DNA of 39,556 bases from Gemmatimonadota bacterium (GTDB lineage: Bacteria; Gemmatimonadota; Gemmatimonadetes; Gemmatimonadales; GWC2-71-9). The position numbers were made by a program, and so were the translations under genes. The DNA lies in assembly GCA_036679645.1 (NCBI GenBank), contig JAZDCY010000057.1, forward strand, positions 1 to 39,556, written 5' to 3'. Of the stretch, positions 1 through 15,000 are shown piece by piece; the first letter of the stretch is position 1, and each line of letters starts with the position of its first letter. The notes under the pieces are model-generated. The model had not been told where the DNA came from and searched no databases. It worked only from the letters and a program-made list of their open reading frames with translations.

Positions 1-3000
1 CCCGGATTGGCATTGATGGTCACCGTAATCAGCGTCCCCAGCTGGGCTACAGCATTCCCCGCCCCATCCTGTACCTGAATGACAGGCTGTGTGGTAAGCG
101 CGATGCCGCTCTGTGCGGCTGCAGACGGTGCCGTCGTGATACCCAACTGCGCCGCGGTGCCAGCCGAGAGCGTGATCGTCCCCGAGGTCGCCGTCGTGAG
201 CACGCCGTCGTCGAAGTTGAGCGTGTAACCACCGATGAGACCTGTGATCGCGAGACCGGTAAACGTCGCACTACCATTCGCGACGGTGGTGGCGGTGGCG
301 CTCGTGAGGCTCGGTGTCCCACCCGGATTGGTGTTGATGGTTGCCGTGATGAGCGTCCCCAGCTGAGCTACAGCATTCCCCGCCCCGTCCTGAACCTGGA
401 TCACCGGCTGCTGAGTCAGCACGATGCCGCTTTGCCCCGCTGTCGGAGGCGCTGTCGTGATGCCAAGCTGTGCCGCGTTACCCGCCGAGAGTGTGATCGT
501 GCCGGACATCGCCGTCGTCAGGCTGCCGTCATCGAAGTCGAGCGTGTAGCCACCGATAAGGCCCGTGACGGCCAGGCCACTAAAGGTTGCGCTGCCGTCG
601 GCGAGTGTCGTGGCGGCCGCACTCGTGAGACTCGGGCTCCCGCCCGGATTCGTATTGATCGTGGCGGTGACCGCCACTCCGGCGCCCGCGACATCATTAC
701 CTGCCCCGTCCTGTACCTGGATCACCGGCTGCTGCGTCAACGCGATCCCGCTTTGGCCCGCTGCGGACGGTTGCGTCGTAATACCGATTTGGGCCGCAGT
801 CCCAGCGGACAACGTGATCGTACCCGACGTTGCCGTGGTGAGGGGAGGTGCGTCGAAGTTCAACGTGTAGGCGCCAACCAGCCCCGTGATCTCGAGACCA
901 GTAAACGTCGCACTCCCGTCCCCGAGGGTTGTGGCCGTGGCGTTCGCCACGCTTGGCACACCGCCGGGATCGCTCGCGATCGTAGCGGTCACAAGGACGC
1001 TGGCCTGACTCACAGCGTTCCCAGCCGCATCGCGCAGCTGCAGTACCGGCTGTTGCAGGAAGGCGATGCCGCTTTGTGCCGCCGCTGACGGCTGTGTGGT
1101 CAACGAGAGCTGGGCGGCGGGGCCGGCGGTGACATTGATGCCGCTCGAAGTTGCGCCCGTGAGCGACAGGGCCGTGAAACTCAGGGTCCGCACGCCAATG
1201 AGTCCGGACAACGCAAGGTCGGTGAACGCCGCGCTGCCGCTGGCGTTGGTCGTAGCCGTTAGTGTCCCGCCGAGCGCGACGCCACCGGTTGCGATGGCCG
1301 CCGTCACTACCACACCCGACTGGCTCACCGCATTGCCCGCTCCGTCACGAATCTGGAGCACGGGCTGCTGCGGGAAAGCCACGCCGCTCTGGACAGTGGC
1401 CGAGGGCTGGGTCGTGATGGACAATGCCGCCGCAGCCCCCGCAGACAAAGTGGTCGTCGTCGAAGTCTGTCCGGTGAGTGTCGGTGCGTTGAACGACAGC
1501 GAGTAGCCACCAATCAATCCGGTGATCGTGAGCCCGGCGAACGTCGCGCTACCATTCGCAATGGTTGTGGCGGTGGCATTGGTGAGTGACGGTGTACCTC
1601 CCGGACTCGTCGCAATCGTCACAGTCACAACCACGCCGGTGCCGGCGACCGCGTTGCCGGCGCCATCCTGCACTTGGATCACCGGTTGCTGTGCCATCGC
1701 GATGCCACTTTGCGCAGCGGCAGAAGGTTGGGTCGTAATGCCGAGCTGAGCAGCCGTCCCCGCTGCAAGGGTCACCGCATTCGACGTCGCGCCCGTCAGC
1801 GTTAGAGCATCGAAGTTCAACGTGTACCCGCCGATCAACCCGGTGACCGTGAGCCCCGCGAGCGTGGCCACACCGCTCGCGTTCGTCGTGGCCGTAGCCC
1901 CCGTGAGGCTCGGCGATCCGCCCGGACTCGTCGCGATGGTTGCGGTGACGAGCACGCCCAGTTGGCCCACGGCGTTGCCGGCGCCGTCCTGTACCTGGAT
2001 CACCGGTTGTTGGGTGAGGGCAATGCCACTCTGCCCGGCCGCGGACGGTTGTGTCGTGATACCGAGTTGGGCCGCGGTGCCCGCCGACAGCGTGATCGTT
2101 CCCGACGTCGCGGTTGTCAGGCTGCCGTCATCGAAGTCGAGCGTGTAGCCACCGACCAATCCCGTGACGGCCAGCCCCGCGAAGGTTACGCTGCCATCCG
2201 CTATCGTCGTGGCCGTGGCATTGGTGAGACTCGGGGTCCCGCCCGGGTTCGTATTGATCGTCGCGGTCACGACCACCCCGGCGCCGGCGACGGCATTCCC
2301 CGGGTTGTCCTGCACCTGGATGGCCGGCTGCTGTGTCAACGCGATGCCGCTCTGCCCCGTCGCCGACGGCGGAGTCGTGATCGCGAGCTGAGCGGCGGCA
2401 CCGGCGGAGAGTGTGATCGTCCCCGAGGTCGCCGCAGAAAGCGTTGGCGCGCTGAAGTCCAACGTGTATGCGCCAATCAGGCCCGTGATCGCCAAACCTG
2501 CAAACGTGGCGCTCCCGTTCGCAATCGTCGTGGCAGCCGCGTTCGTAAGACTCGGCGTGCCACCCGGGCTCGTCGTAATCGTGGCGGTTATGAGAATCCC
2601 AGATTGACTTACGGCGTTACCGGCGCCGTCTCTCAGTTGCAGGATCGGTTGCTGTAGAATCGCGATGCCACTCTGTGCCGCGGCCGAGGGTGGCGTCGGG
2701 ATCGTGAGCTGGGTAGCCGGTCCCGCGCCAACGGTAATCGTCCCGGAAGTCGCCCCGGTGAGCAAGGCGGCACTGAAGCCTAGTGTGCGAGGACCGATCG
2801 CCCCCGTTATGGTGAGGTCCGCGTAGGCGGCCACGCCGGAAGCGTTGGTTGAGGCAGTCAAAGCACCGCTAAGCACTCCTGCGCCCGTCGCTATGGCCGC
2901 GGTGACCACTACGCCACCTTGACTAACCGCGTTGCCGCTGACGTCACGCAGCTGCAACACCGGCTGCTGGCTGAAGGCCACGCTGCTCTGCGCCGTACTC

Positions 3001-6000
3001 GATGGCTGCGTGGTGATCGTGAGCTGGGTCGCCGAGCCCGCGGTCACGTCGACGGTGTTCGAAGTTGCTCCTCCAAGCGTCGGTGCCGAGAAGCTCAGGG
3101 TCCGCGCACCCGTCGTGCCCGTGATAGCCAGGTTCACGAAGCTCGCGACGCCTGCCGCATTGGTCGACGCGGTGAGCGTTCCACCGAGTGCAGCACCACC
3201 CGACGCTATCGCCGCCGTGACGACAACGCCGAGCTGACTGACCGCATTACCGCTCGCATCCTGGAGCTGGATAATGGGCTGCTGTGCAAGGGCAATCGTG
3301 TTCTGCACGGTCGCCGACGGCTGGGTCGTGACACCAAGCTGGCTCGCGGGACCCGCGCTCAACGTAACCGCGCCGGACGTTGCCGCCGCGAGGCTGGGTG
3401 CGGTAAAGCTCAGTGTGCGCGCGCCGATCACGCCAGAGATATCGAGATCGGTGAACGTCGCGACACCACCTGCGCTCGTTGACGTGGTAACAGTCCCGCC
3501 GAGTGTCCCGCCGCCGGTCGCGATGGCGCCGGTGACCACGACGCCAAGCTGGCTCACCGCGTTCCCCGCGGCATCCCTTAGCTGCAGCACGGGTTGTTGC
3601 GGGAAGACCACCCCGCTCTGAACGGCCGCTGAGGGTTGGGTCGTGATCGTCAGCTGGGTCGCCGTTCCCGCGGAGAGCGTAATGGCACCGGATGTTGCCG
3701 CGGAAAGAGTCGCTGCATCGAACGACAGCGTGTAGCCGCCTATCAGACCGGTGATCGCGAGCCCACTGAACGTCGCGGCGCCGCTCAGGTCGGTCGTGGC
3801 GGTAGCGCTCGTGACCGTCGGTGTGCCGCCGGGACTCGTGGCGATTGACCCAGTGACGAGGACCCCGCTCTGACTCACCGCGTTGCCCGCACCGTCCCGA
3901 AGTTGAATCAGCGGTTGCTGGGCAAAGGCAACGCCGCTTTGCGCCGCAGCGGAGGGTTGGGTTGTGATGCTGAGCTGGCTAGCGGTGCCGGCGGACAGGA
4001 TGACCGTGCTGGATGTGGCGCCCGCGAGACTCGCCGCATCGAACGAGAGTGTACGCGGGCCTACCGCGCCGGTGAGTGTGAGGCCCGCAAATGTTGCGAC
4101 TCCGCTCGCGCTCGTCGTTGCCGTTGCGTTGGTAAGCGTCCCTCCGGCACCCGTCGCGATCGTTGCGGTGACGACGACTCCCGATTGACTGACGGCATTG
4201 CTGCTGGCATCACGCAACTGCAGGGCCGGTTGCTGTACGAAGGCAATACCACTCTGTGCCGCAGATGATGGCTGTGTGCTGATCGTGAGCTGACTCGCGA
4301 GACCCGCCGCGAGCGTTATCGCGCTCGACGTGGCCCCGGCCAGTGCGGTTGCATTGAAACTCAACGTCCGCACGCCGACGGATCCAGTGATCGTGAGGTT
4401 CGTGAAGCTGGCCACGCCGCTCGCGTTCGTCGTTGCGGTGAGCGTACCACCCAACGCGACTGCGCCCGATGCGATCGCTGCCGTCACAACAGTACCGGAT
4501 TGACTCACCGCGTTTCCCGCGCCATCCCGCAGCTGAAGGACAGGTTGCTGCGGGAAGGCGATACCGCTCTGCGGCGTCGCTGATGGCTGCGTCGTGATCG
4601 ACAGGGCAGCGGCAGTGCCCGCCGTGACCGTGACCGTGCTCGAGGTGACCCCGGTGACCGCTGGCGCGGTGAACATGAGCGTTCGCGCGCCAATCGTCCC
4701 CGTGATCGTGAGGTTCGTGAATGTCGCCACACCCGACGCGTTGGTGGTGGCGGTGAGCGTGCCACCCAACGTCCCACCGCCCGTCGCGACAGCCCCGGTA
4801 ACCACGACGCTGGCCTGACTCACGGAGTTGCCCGCCGCGTCCTCGAGTTGAATGACCGGTTGCTGTGCAAACAGGATTCCGCTCTGTGGGGCGCCCGACG
4901 GCTGGGTCGTGATCGAGAGTTGTGCCGCGCTGCCCGCCGACAACGTGATCGTCGTGGAACCCACGCCCGTGAGCGTCGGGGCATCGAAGGAAAGCGTGTA
5001 GCTGCCAATCGTGCCGCTGATCGCCAGACCGCTGAACGTGGCGACCCCGCTCGCGTTCGTCGTTGCGGTGGTGCTAGTGAGTGAAGGACTCCCACCGGGC
5101 GACGTCGCGATCGTGGCGGTGACAACGACACCCGCCTGACTGACGGAGTTGCCGGCTCCGTCTTGCAGTTGGATCACCGGTTGCTGCCCAAGCGCGATCC
5201 CGCTCTGCGCGGTCGCCGAGGGCTGCGTGCCGATCGCCAACTGCGCCGCCGTTCCCGCCTCGAGAGTGATCGTGCTGGACGTCGCGCCCGTCAGCGCCGG
5301 AGCCGTGAAGCTCAACGTCCGCGGGCCCATCGTCCCCGTGATTCCCAGATTCGTGAACGTCGCCACGCCGCTCACGTTCGTTGCCGCCGTGAGGGTACCG
5401 TCCAACGTGCCCGAGCCCAATGCTAGCGCAGCCGTCACTACGACCCCGGCCTGGCTCACGGCGTTGCCCGAACCGTCCCGTACCTGGATAGCCGGCTGTT
5501 GGACGAACGCAATCCCGCTCTGTGCCGTAGCCGAGGGCTGCGTGGTCAACGTCAACTGCGCCGCGGTGCCCGGCGTTACCGTCACCGCACCCGACGTCAC
5601 CGACGAGAACCCGCTGGCCGCGAAGATCAGCGTGCGGTCACCGATCACGCCCGTGATCTGGAGATTGGTGAACGGCGCCGCACCGGTTACGTCGGTCGTC
5701 GCAACCGCCGTGCCGCCCAAGGTGCCGCCACCCGTGAGAATCACGACCACCACGTTCACACCCGCCTGGGCTACGTCGTTACCGCCGCCGTCCTGTAGCT
5801 GGATCACGGGTTGTTGCGTGAACACGATCCCACTCTGGACGCTCGACGAAGGCGCCGTCGTGAGTGCCAATTGCGATCCGGTCCCAGCGCCGAGCGTGAC
5901 GGTGTTTGACGTTACCGGCGTCAGCGGCGTGGTCGTGAACTGGAGCGTGTAGTCTCCGGTCACTCCTGTGATCGACAGGTTGGCGAACGTAGCCGTCCCG

Positions 6001-9000
6001 TTGGCATCTGTGACGACCGTGGCCGTCCCACCAAGGGTGCCTGTACCGGTTGCAATTGTCGCCGTGACGGCGCGGCCAGTTCCCATGACTGCGTTACTGG
6101 CTCCGTCCTGGACCTGAACGATCGGTTGCTGTGGGAATGCGACGCCACTCGCCGCGTTCGCGGAAGGCTGGGCTGTCAATGCGAGTTGCGCGGCTAGCCC
6201 CGCGGTCACGGTTACGGAGTTCGACGTTGCCCCGGTCAATCCCGTTCCGTTAAAGCTCAAAGTCCGTGAACCGATCGTCCCGGTGATCATGAGGTTTGAG
6301 AACGTCGCGACACCACTGGCGTTGGTACTTGCCGTCAACGTTCCGCCAATGGTCCCGCCACCAGTAGCGATCGTCGCCGTGACGACCACCGCAGCTTGAC
6401 TCACGGCGTTACCGCTGGCGTCCTGTAACTGGACGGTTGGTTGCGCGGCGAAGGCGATGCCGCTCTGGACCGAGCTAGATGGCTGTGTCGTCAATACCAA
6501 CTGTGCCGCGGCTCCAGCGGTGAGGCCGATGGCGGTCGAGGTCGCACCTGCCAATCCTGTGGCCGTAAAGCCGATCGTCTGCGGTCCGGCGGTTCCGGTA
6601 ATCTCGAGGTTGGTGAATGTCGCTATTCCTGCCAGATCGGTCGTGGCGGTGAGGGTGCCGCCAAGCACGCCGCTACCGCTGGCTATCGCAGCAGATACCA
6701 CCGTTCCACTCTGCGCGACCGCGTTCCCGCCCCCATCTCGCAACTGGATCACGGGTTGCTGAACCAACGGCACACCGCTCTGCGCGCCGGACGACGGCTG
6801 TGTCGATATCGAGAGCTGGGTCGCCGCGCCGACGGATAGTGTGATCGTGGTCGAGGTCGCGGTTGTGAGCGTGGGAGCGTCGAAGTCCAGTGTGTAGGCG
6901 CCCGACAAGCCGGTAATCGAAAGACCGGTGAACGTGGCGGCCCCAGCCAGATCGGTCGTTGCCGTCGTGTTCACGAGACTAGGGGTTCCGCCGGGGTTCG
7001 TGGCGATCGTCGCCGTGACAACAACCCCGGCTTGACTGACGGTGTTGCCTGCTCCGTCTCGCAGCTGCACTACGGGCTGCTGTGCCAAAGCGACACCGCT
7101 TTGGCCGCTGGACGATGGTGGTGTCGTGAGGCTTAGTTGGGCGGCCGTGCCCGCCGATATCGTTACGGCTCCCGAGGTCACGCCTGTCACGCTGGCCGCG
7201 TCAAATGAGAGCGTGTAGCCCCCGATCAATCCCGTTACCGTCAGATCGGCGAACGTCGCGACGCCGGCACCGCTCGTTGTCGCGGTGGCGTTCGTGAGGC
7301 TCGGCGTCCCGCCTGGGTCGGTTGCGATCGTGGTCGTGACGACCACGCCCGCCTGGCTCACAGCGTTGCCGCTAGCGTCGCGCAATTGTACGACCGGCTG
7401 CTGCACGAACGAAAAACCGCTCTGCGCCGCGGCCGATGGTTGCGTCTCCAGCGTGAGCTGAGAGGCTGCGCCGGCCGTGATGGTGACGGTGCCGGACGTC
7501 GCGACGGTCAGGCTGGGAGCGGTGAAGCTCACGGTGCGCGGGCCGATCGTACCGGAGATGGCGAGATCGACGAATCCCGCCACGCCGCTGGCGTTGGTCG
7601 TGGCAGTGAGGGTTCCCCCAAGGGCGGCACCACCCGTGGCGATCGCGGCGGTTACGACCACGCTGGCCTGGCTCACTGCGTTTCCGCTCGCATCACGCAG
7701 TTGGATAACCGGCTGCTGCGGGAATGCGATACCGCTCTGAGCCGACGGCGAGGGCTCGGTCGTGACGGACAACTGACTCGCAGTCCCGGCGGTCAAGGTG
7801 ACCGCGCCTGACGTGACACCAGCGAGCGTTGGCGACGTGAAGTTGAGCGTCCGGTCACCGACGGTACCCGAGATGTCGAGGTCAACGAACCCGGCGGCAC
7901 CGCTTGCATTCGTCGTGGCGGTCAGGGTACCGCCGAGTACTCCCCCACCGGTCACAATCGCGGCGGTCACGACCACGCTCGCTTGGCTCACCGCGTTGCC
8001 ACTCGGGTCCCGCAGTTGAATGACCGGTTGCTGCGGGAACGCGATCCCACTTTGCGCCGTCGTGGAAGGCGGCGTCGCAATCGAGAGCTGGCTCGCGATG
8101 CCGGCCGAAAGCGTGATGGTGTTCGACGTGACGGTCGCGAGCCCGGTTGCCGTGAAGCTCAACGTCCGCGGACCCACCGTGCCGCTGATATCGAGATTGA
8201 CGAACGTTGCGACACCCGCCGCGCTCGTCGTTATGGCGGTGGTGCCACCCAGCGCACCCCCACCGCTCGCGATGGATGCCGTTACCACCGTCCCAAGCTG
8301 GCTCACGGCGTTGCCCGCCCCGTCCCGCACCTGCACCACGGGTTGCTGCCCGAACGCGATGCCGCTCTGTGCGGTCGCCGATGGCTGCGTGGTCAACGTC
8401 AACTGGGCCGCGGTGCCCGGAGTCACCGTCACCGTGCCCGACGTCACCGACTGGAACCCGCCGGCCGCGAAGATCAGCGTCCGATCGCCAATCAATCCCG
8501 TGATCTGGAGATCCGTGAACGTCGCCACGCCACTGGCGTTCGTCGTGGCCGTCAGCGTCCCGCCCAGTGTCCCGCCCCCCGACAGAATCGCCGCTACCAC
8601 GTCCACGCCCGCCTGGGCCACGGGGTTGTTGCTCCCGTCCTGAAGTTGGACGACCGTCTGTTGGCCGAAGGCGATGCCACTCTGCGCGCTAGCCGATGGC
8701 GCCGTTGTGATGGCCAATTGCGATCCGGTACCCGCGCCAAGCGTGATGGTGTTCGACGTCACCGGTGTCAGCGGAGCGGACGTGAACTGCAGCGTGTAGT
8801 CGCCCGTCGCACCGGTGATTGCAAGGTTGGTGAAGGTCGCGCTGCCACCCGCGTCGGTGACAAGGATCGCGGTGCCGTTGAGCGTTCCCGTTCCCGAGGC
8901 GAGGGCCGCAATCACGTTCCGCCCCGCCTCGCTCACCGCGTTGCCGGACACGTCCTGGAGTTGGACCACTGGCTGCTGCGGGAACGCCACCGCGCTTTGC

Positions 9001-12000
9001 GCAGCTGCCGACGGCTGTACGGTGAGAGCCAGCTGCGCTGCGACCCCCGCGGTGAGAGTGATGGTGTTCGAGGTCGCGCTCGCCAGCGACGGGGCACTGA
9101 ACGTCAGTGTCCGAGGTCCGATGGTGCCAGTGATAGACAGGTCTGCGAAAGTGGCAACACCGCCGGCGTTGGTCGCCGCCGTGAGGGTGGTACCCAACAC
9201 TCCCTCGCCCGTCGCGATCGCGGCCGTGACCAGCACGCCTGACTGGCTGACCGGATTCCCGCTGGCGTCCTGCAACTGCGCGGTCGGTTGCTGTCCAAAC
9301 GCGATGGCATTCTGCGCGGTGGCCGAGGGCTGAATGGTGATAACGACGGACGTCGCGGCGCCCGCTCCCAGCGTGATACTGCTCGATGTGACGCCCGTAA
9401 GAGTTGGCGCCGTCAAGCTCAGTGTCCTCGCCCCACCAGTGCCGGTGATGCTCAGGCTCGTGAACGTCGCTACGCCGCTCACGCTGGTCGTTGCGGTCAG
9501 CGTACCGCCCAGTACACCTCCACCCGTCGCAATCGCCGCAGTTACTACCACTCCCGATTGTGCCACCGCGTTACCGGCACCGTCTCGCAACTGCACGACG
9601 GGTTGTTGGGCGAAGGGAACACCGCTCGCCGCACTAGCAGACGGTTGCGCCGTGAGCGACAACGCCGCTGCATCTCCCGCACTCAGCGTCACCGTGTTCG
9701 ACGTCAAGCCCGTTACACTCGGCGCGTCGAATGACAGCGTGTACGCCCCGATCAGGCCCGTCACCGTCAACCCCGCGAAAGTCGCCACCCCGCTCGCGTT
9801 CGTCGCCGCCGTCGCACTCGTGAGGCTCGGCGCGCCCCCGGGATCGGTTGCAATCGTGGCCGTTACCACCACCCCCAGCGCGCTCACCGCATTCCCCGCC
9901 CCATCGCGCACCTGCACCACCGGCTGCGTAGGCAACGCTATCCCGCTCTGACCCCCAGCTGCGGGCTGGGTCGTCAGGCTCAGCTGCGCCGCCGTGCCCG
10001 CTGCCAACGTGATGGTCCCCGATGTCACCCCCGTCAGAGTCGGCGCATCGAACGTCAGCGTGTAGCCGCCGATCAGGCCCGTCACTGTGAGCCCCGCGAA
10101 TGTCGCCACCCCGCTCGCGTTGGTTGTGGCCGTCGCACTCGTGAGGGATGGTGTGCCGCCGGGGTCGGTCGCGATCGTCGCCGTCACCACCACCCCCGCC
10201 TGGCTCAGCGCGTTGCTACTTGCGTCTCGCAACTGCACCACCGGCTGCTGCGCCAGCACGATCCCACTCTGCCCCGCCGCCGACGGCTGCGTCGTCAACG
10301 TCAACTGCGTTGCGGCGCCCGCGCCTACGGTGATCGTCCCCGAAGTCACCCCCGTCAGCGCGGGCGCATCGAAGGACAGCGTGTACGCGCCGACCAGACC
10401 GGTAACTGAAAGACCGCTGAACGTCGCCGTGCCGGATAAGCCGGTCGTAGCCGTAGCGCTCGTCAGGGTCGGTGTGCCCCCCGGATCGGTCAGGACGGTA
10501 GCGGTGACGACAATACCGGCTTGATTCACCGCGTTGCCGCTGCCATCGAGCACCTGGATGACCGGCTGTTGCGGGAACGGAACGTTGCCCTGCACCGCCG
10601 CCGAGGGTGGCGTGCTGATCGAGAGTTGGCTGGCGCTGCCCGCGGTGATGTCAACGGTCGTCGACGTGATCCCGGCAAGAGTCGGTTCGCTGAAAGCCAG
10701 GGTCCGCAGCCCGATCGTGCCGGAGACACTCAAGTCGGTGAAGCTCGCGGTGCCGCTGGCATTGGTTGCTGCGGTCAGAGTCCCGCCAAGCGCGCCTCCG
10801 CCCGTCGCGATCGCCGCCGTTACCACGAGACCGGTTTGACTGACCGCGTTACCCGCCGCATCCCGCACTTGTAAGACGGGCTGTTGTGGGAAAGGAATGC
10901 CGCTCTGCGCGGTGCTCGGAGGCTGCGTCGTGATGCTGAGCTGTGAGGCAGTGCCGGCAGACAGGATCACTGTGCCGGATGTAGCTGGTGTAAGCGCTGT
11001 GGCGTTGAACGACAGCGCGTACGCACCGATCAGACCGTTGATCGCGAGGCCCGCGAATGTAGCCGTCCCATCCAGCGCGGTCGTCGCAGTGGCGTTCGTC
11101 ACGGTGGGCGTGCCGCCGGGCGAGGTAGCGATCGTCGTGGTGACGAGGATGCCCGACTGACTCACCGCGTTGCCCGCCGCGTCGCGCAACTGGATCACGG
11201 GTTGCTGAATCACGGCGACACCGCTCTGCGCGGTTGCCGAGGGTTGCGTGACCACGCTGAGTTGGGTTGCCGCGCCTGCGGTAATCACCACCGGATTGGA
11301 CGTCGCGCCCGTCAAGGTTGAGGCGCTGAAGGTCACCGTGCGCGGGCCAATGGTGCCGCTGATGGCAAGACTAGTAAACGTCGCAACACCGCTGGCGTCC
11401 GTCGTGGCCGTGACGGTCCCTCCAAGAGACCCACCACCTGATGCAATCGCGGCGGTTACCACGACCCCACTCTGACCAACCGCGTTTCCGGCACCATCCC
11501 GAAGTAGGAGCACAGGTTGTTGGGCGAACGGGGCCCCGCTCGCCACCGATGCGGATGGCTGAGTAGAGATCGTGAGTTGAGTCGCTGCGCCGGCCGACAA
11601 AACGACGGTGGATGACGTTGCCGCCGCGACGCTCGACGCGGTAAAGCTCAACGTGCGCGGTCCGACCACACCAGCAATACTCAGGTCGGCGAATGTCGCG
11701 GTACCGCCGAGAGTCGTGACTGCCGTGACTGTGCCGCCGAGCGCACCACCTCCGGTTGCGATCGATGCGGTCACCGTAACGCCCGCTTGGGCCACCAGGT
11801 TGCCCGCCCCGTCACGCAGCTGGGTCACCGGTTGCTGCGTGAACGGTGCGTCACTCTGAGCGCTTGGTGACGGCTGTGTCGTAATGCTTATCTGTGACGC
11901 CACCCCTGCGGACAATGTGACCGTGCCCGAAGTCGCCGCGACCAGCGTAAGGGCGTCAAAGTCCAGCGTGTAGGCACCTATCAGCCCGTCGACCGACAGC

Positions 12001-15000
12001 CCGGCGAACGTCGCTATCCCACCTGCGCTCGTGGTTGCGGTCCCGTTTGTCACGCTCGGTGTTCCGCCCGGTGATGTCGCCACGCTGGCCGCGACCAGCA
12101 CACCGCCCTGGTTAACCGCGTTACCGCTCGCATCCCGCAACTGTACCACCGGCTGCTCGGAGAGCGGCAGGCCACTCTGTCCGGCGGCCGACGGCTGGGT
12201 CGTGAGTGTGAGTTGGCTCGCTACCCCGGGCGTGACGTCGACGTTGCCTGAGGTCGCGGCGGACAGTGTCGCAGCTATGAAGCTGAGCGTACGCACCCCG
12301 ACGGTCCCGGTGATGCGCAGATTCGTGAAGCTCGCCACCCCACTCGCATTGGTCGTTGCCGTGAGCGTGCCGCCGAGAACACCCACTCCGGAGGCGATCG
12401 ATGCTGTCACGATCACACCCGTCTGACTCACCGCGTTGCCGGCTCCGTCACGCAGCTGCACAACCGGTTGCTGGGGGAACGCGACGCCGCTCTGAACCGT
12501 ACTGGACGGTTGCGTCGTCATCGACAACGCGGCCGCAGTACCCGCAGAAACAGTGATGGCTGCGGAAGTGGCACCGGTAAGGGTGGGCGCCGTGAAGGTC
12601 AACGTCCGTAACCCGATGGTCCCCGTGATCGTGAGATCGACAAACGTCGCGATACCGGAAGCATTGGTTGTGGCAGTGAGGGCGCCACCAAGTGCGCCGC
12701 CACCGGTAGCGATTGCCGCCGTGACGATGATTCCCGCTTGACTCGCGGGGTTGCCGCTCCCATCTCGCAGCTGAATGGTCGGCTGTGCGGGGAACGGAAT
12801 GGCGCTCTGGACCGCCGCCGACGGCTGCGCTGTGATTGAGAGTTGGGTCGGGGTGCCGGCAGTGAGCGACACGGCGGCGGAGGATATCCCGGTGAGGGTC
12901 GGAGCGCTAAAGCTCAGCGTCCGTGAGCCGATGGTACCAGTTAGCGTCAAATTGGTGAAGGTCGCCGTACCAGCAGCGTTGGTGCTCGCGTTGAGCGTAC
13001 CACCGAGGGTGCCGCCGCCAGTGGCAATCGCGGCGGCAACGACCACTCCGGCTGAGCTTACCGGGTTGCCGGCACCATCTTGCAGTTGGATCACCGGCTG
13101 TTGGCCAAGTACGATCCCGCTCTGCGCTGTCGCCGAGGGCTGCGTGATGATCGCCAGTTGCGCCGCTGCTCCCGCCACCAGATTGACCGTGTTCGAGGTG
13201 GCGCCCGTCAGCGTCGGGGCCGTGAAGCTCAACGTGCGCGGGCCGATCGTCCCCGTAACGCCGACATCAGTGAACGTTGCCACCCCGCTCGGGCTAGTCG
13301 TTGCCGTGAGCGTCCCGTCCAACGTCCCCGAGCCCAACGCCAGCGCGACCGTTACGACGGTCCCGGTCTGGCTCACGGCGTTGCCGGCCCCGTCCCGCAG
13401 CTGCACTACCGGCTGCTGGGCAAACGCGACGCCGCTCTGTGCCGTCGCCGACGGCTGCGTGGTCAATGTCAATTGCGCAGCCGTGCCCGGAGTTATCGTC
13501 ACCGTTCCCGACGTCACCGACTGGAACCCGGCGGCGGCGAAGATCACCGTCCGAGCTCCGATCAACCCGGTGATCTGAAGATCCGTGAACGTCGCCACCC
13601 CACTCGCATTCGTCGTCGCCGTCAGGGTGCCGCCCAGAGTACCACTCCCGGTCAGGATCGCCGTTATCACACCCACACCCGCCTGGGCCACGGCGTTGCC
13701 GCTACCGTCTTGGAGTTGGATTGCCGGCTGGAGACCGAAGACGATACCACTCTGCGCACTCGCCGACGGTTGCGTGGTGATGGCCAGTTGCGAGCCTGCA
13801 CCCGCACCGAGGGTGATGGTATTCGACGTTACCGGGGTGAGCGGAGCAGACGTAAACTGCAGCGTGTAGTCGCCCGTGGGGCCGGTGATGGCTAGATCAG
13901 TAAAGGCCGCGGTGCCATTGGCGTCGGTCGTCGTCGAGGGGTTCCCGTTCAACGTCCCGCCACCCGTGGCGATTGCAGCTGTCACCAGCACGCCGCTCTG
14001 ACTCACCGGATTGCCGGAGACATCCTGCAGTTGGACAAACGGCTGCTGTGTGAACACGACGCCGCTCTGTGCTGCTGCGGACGGCTGCGCCGTGAGCGAT
14101 AGCTGCGCGCCTACTCCGGCGCTCACGGCGATTGCGTTGGATGTCGCCCCCGTCAGCGAGGGCGCGCTGAAACTCAGCGTACGTGAGCCAATCGTGCCGG
14201 TAATCGCGAGGTCAGTGAAGGCGGCCACACCGCTGGCGTTGGTCGTCGCCGTGAGCGTGGTACCCAACGCTCCACCGCCCGTCGCGATGGCGGCGGTAAC
14301 CACCACCCCCGACTGGCTGACCGCGTTCCCGCTGGCGTCCTGCAACTGCACGCTCGGCTGCTGCGCAAACACAATCGCGTTCTGCACGCTGCCCGACGGT
14401 TGCACCGTGATCACCACAGCCGTCGCCGCCCCCGCGCCCAACGTTACCGTGCCTGACGTCACTCCTGTCAGCGTCGGCGCCGTGAAGCCCAACGTCCGCG
14501 GTCCGCTGGTTCCAGTGATAGTCAAATCCGTGAACGTTGCCACCCCACTCACCGACGTCGTCGCCATCAACGTCCCGCCCAAGGCGCCCCCACCAGTGGC
14601 TAGCGCCGCCGTGACCACTACGCCCGACTGGCTCACCGCGTTCCCCGCCCCATCACGCAGTTGCACCACCGGCTGCTGGACGAGCGGCACACCGCTCTCT
14701 GCACCCGCCGAGGGCTGCGTCGTGAGCGTCAACTGCGCTGCATCCCCCGCACTCAGCGTCACCGTGTTCGATGTCACGCCTGTCACACTCGGTGCGTCAA
14801 ACGACAGCGTGTACGCCCCGGTCAGACCCGTCACCGTCAACCCCGTAAAGGTCGCCACCCCGCTCGCGTTCGTCGTCCCCGTCGCGTTCGCTAGAGTCGG
14901 CGTGCCCCCGGGGTCGCTCGCGATCGTCGCCGTCACCACGACCCCCAGCGCGCTCACCGCATTCCCCGTCCCATCGCGCACCTGCACCACCGGCTGTGCC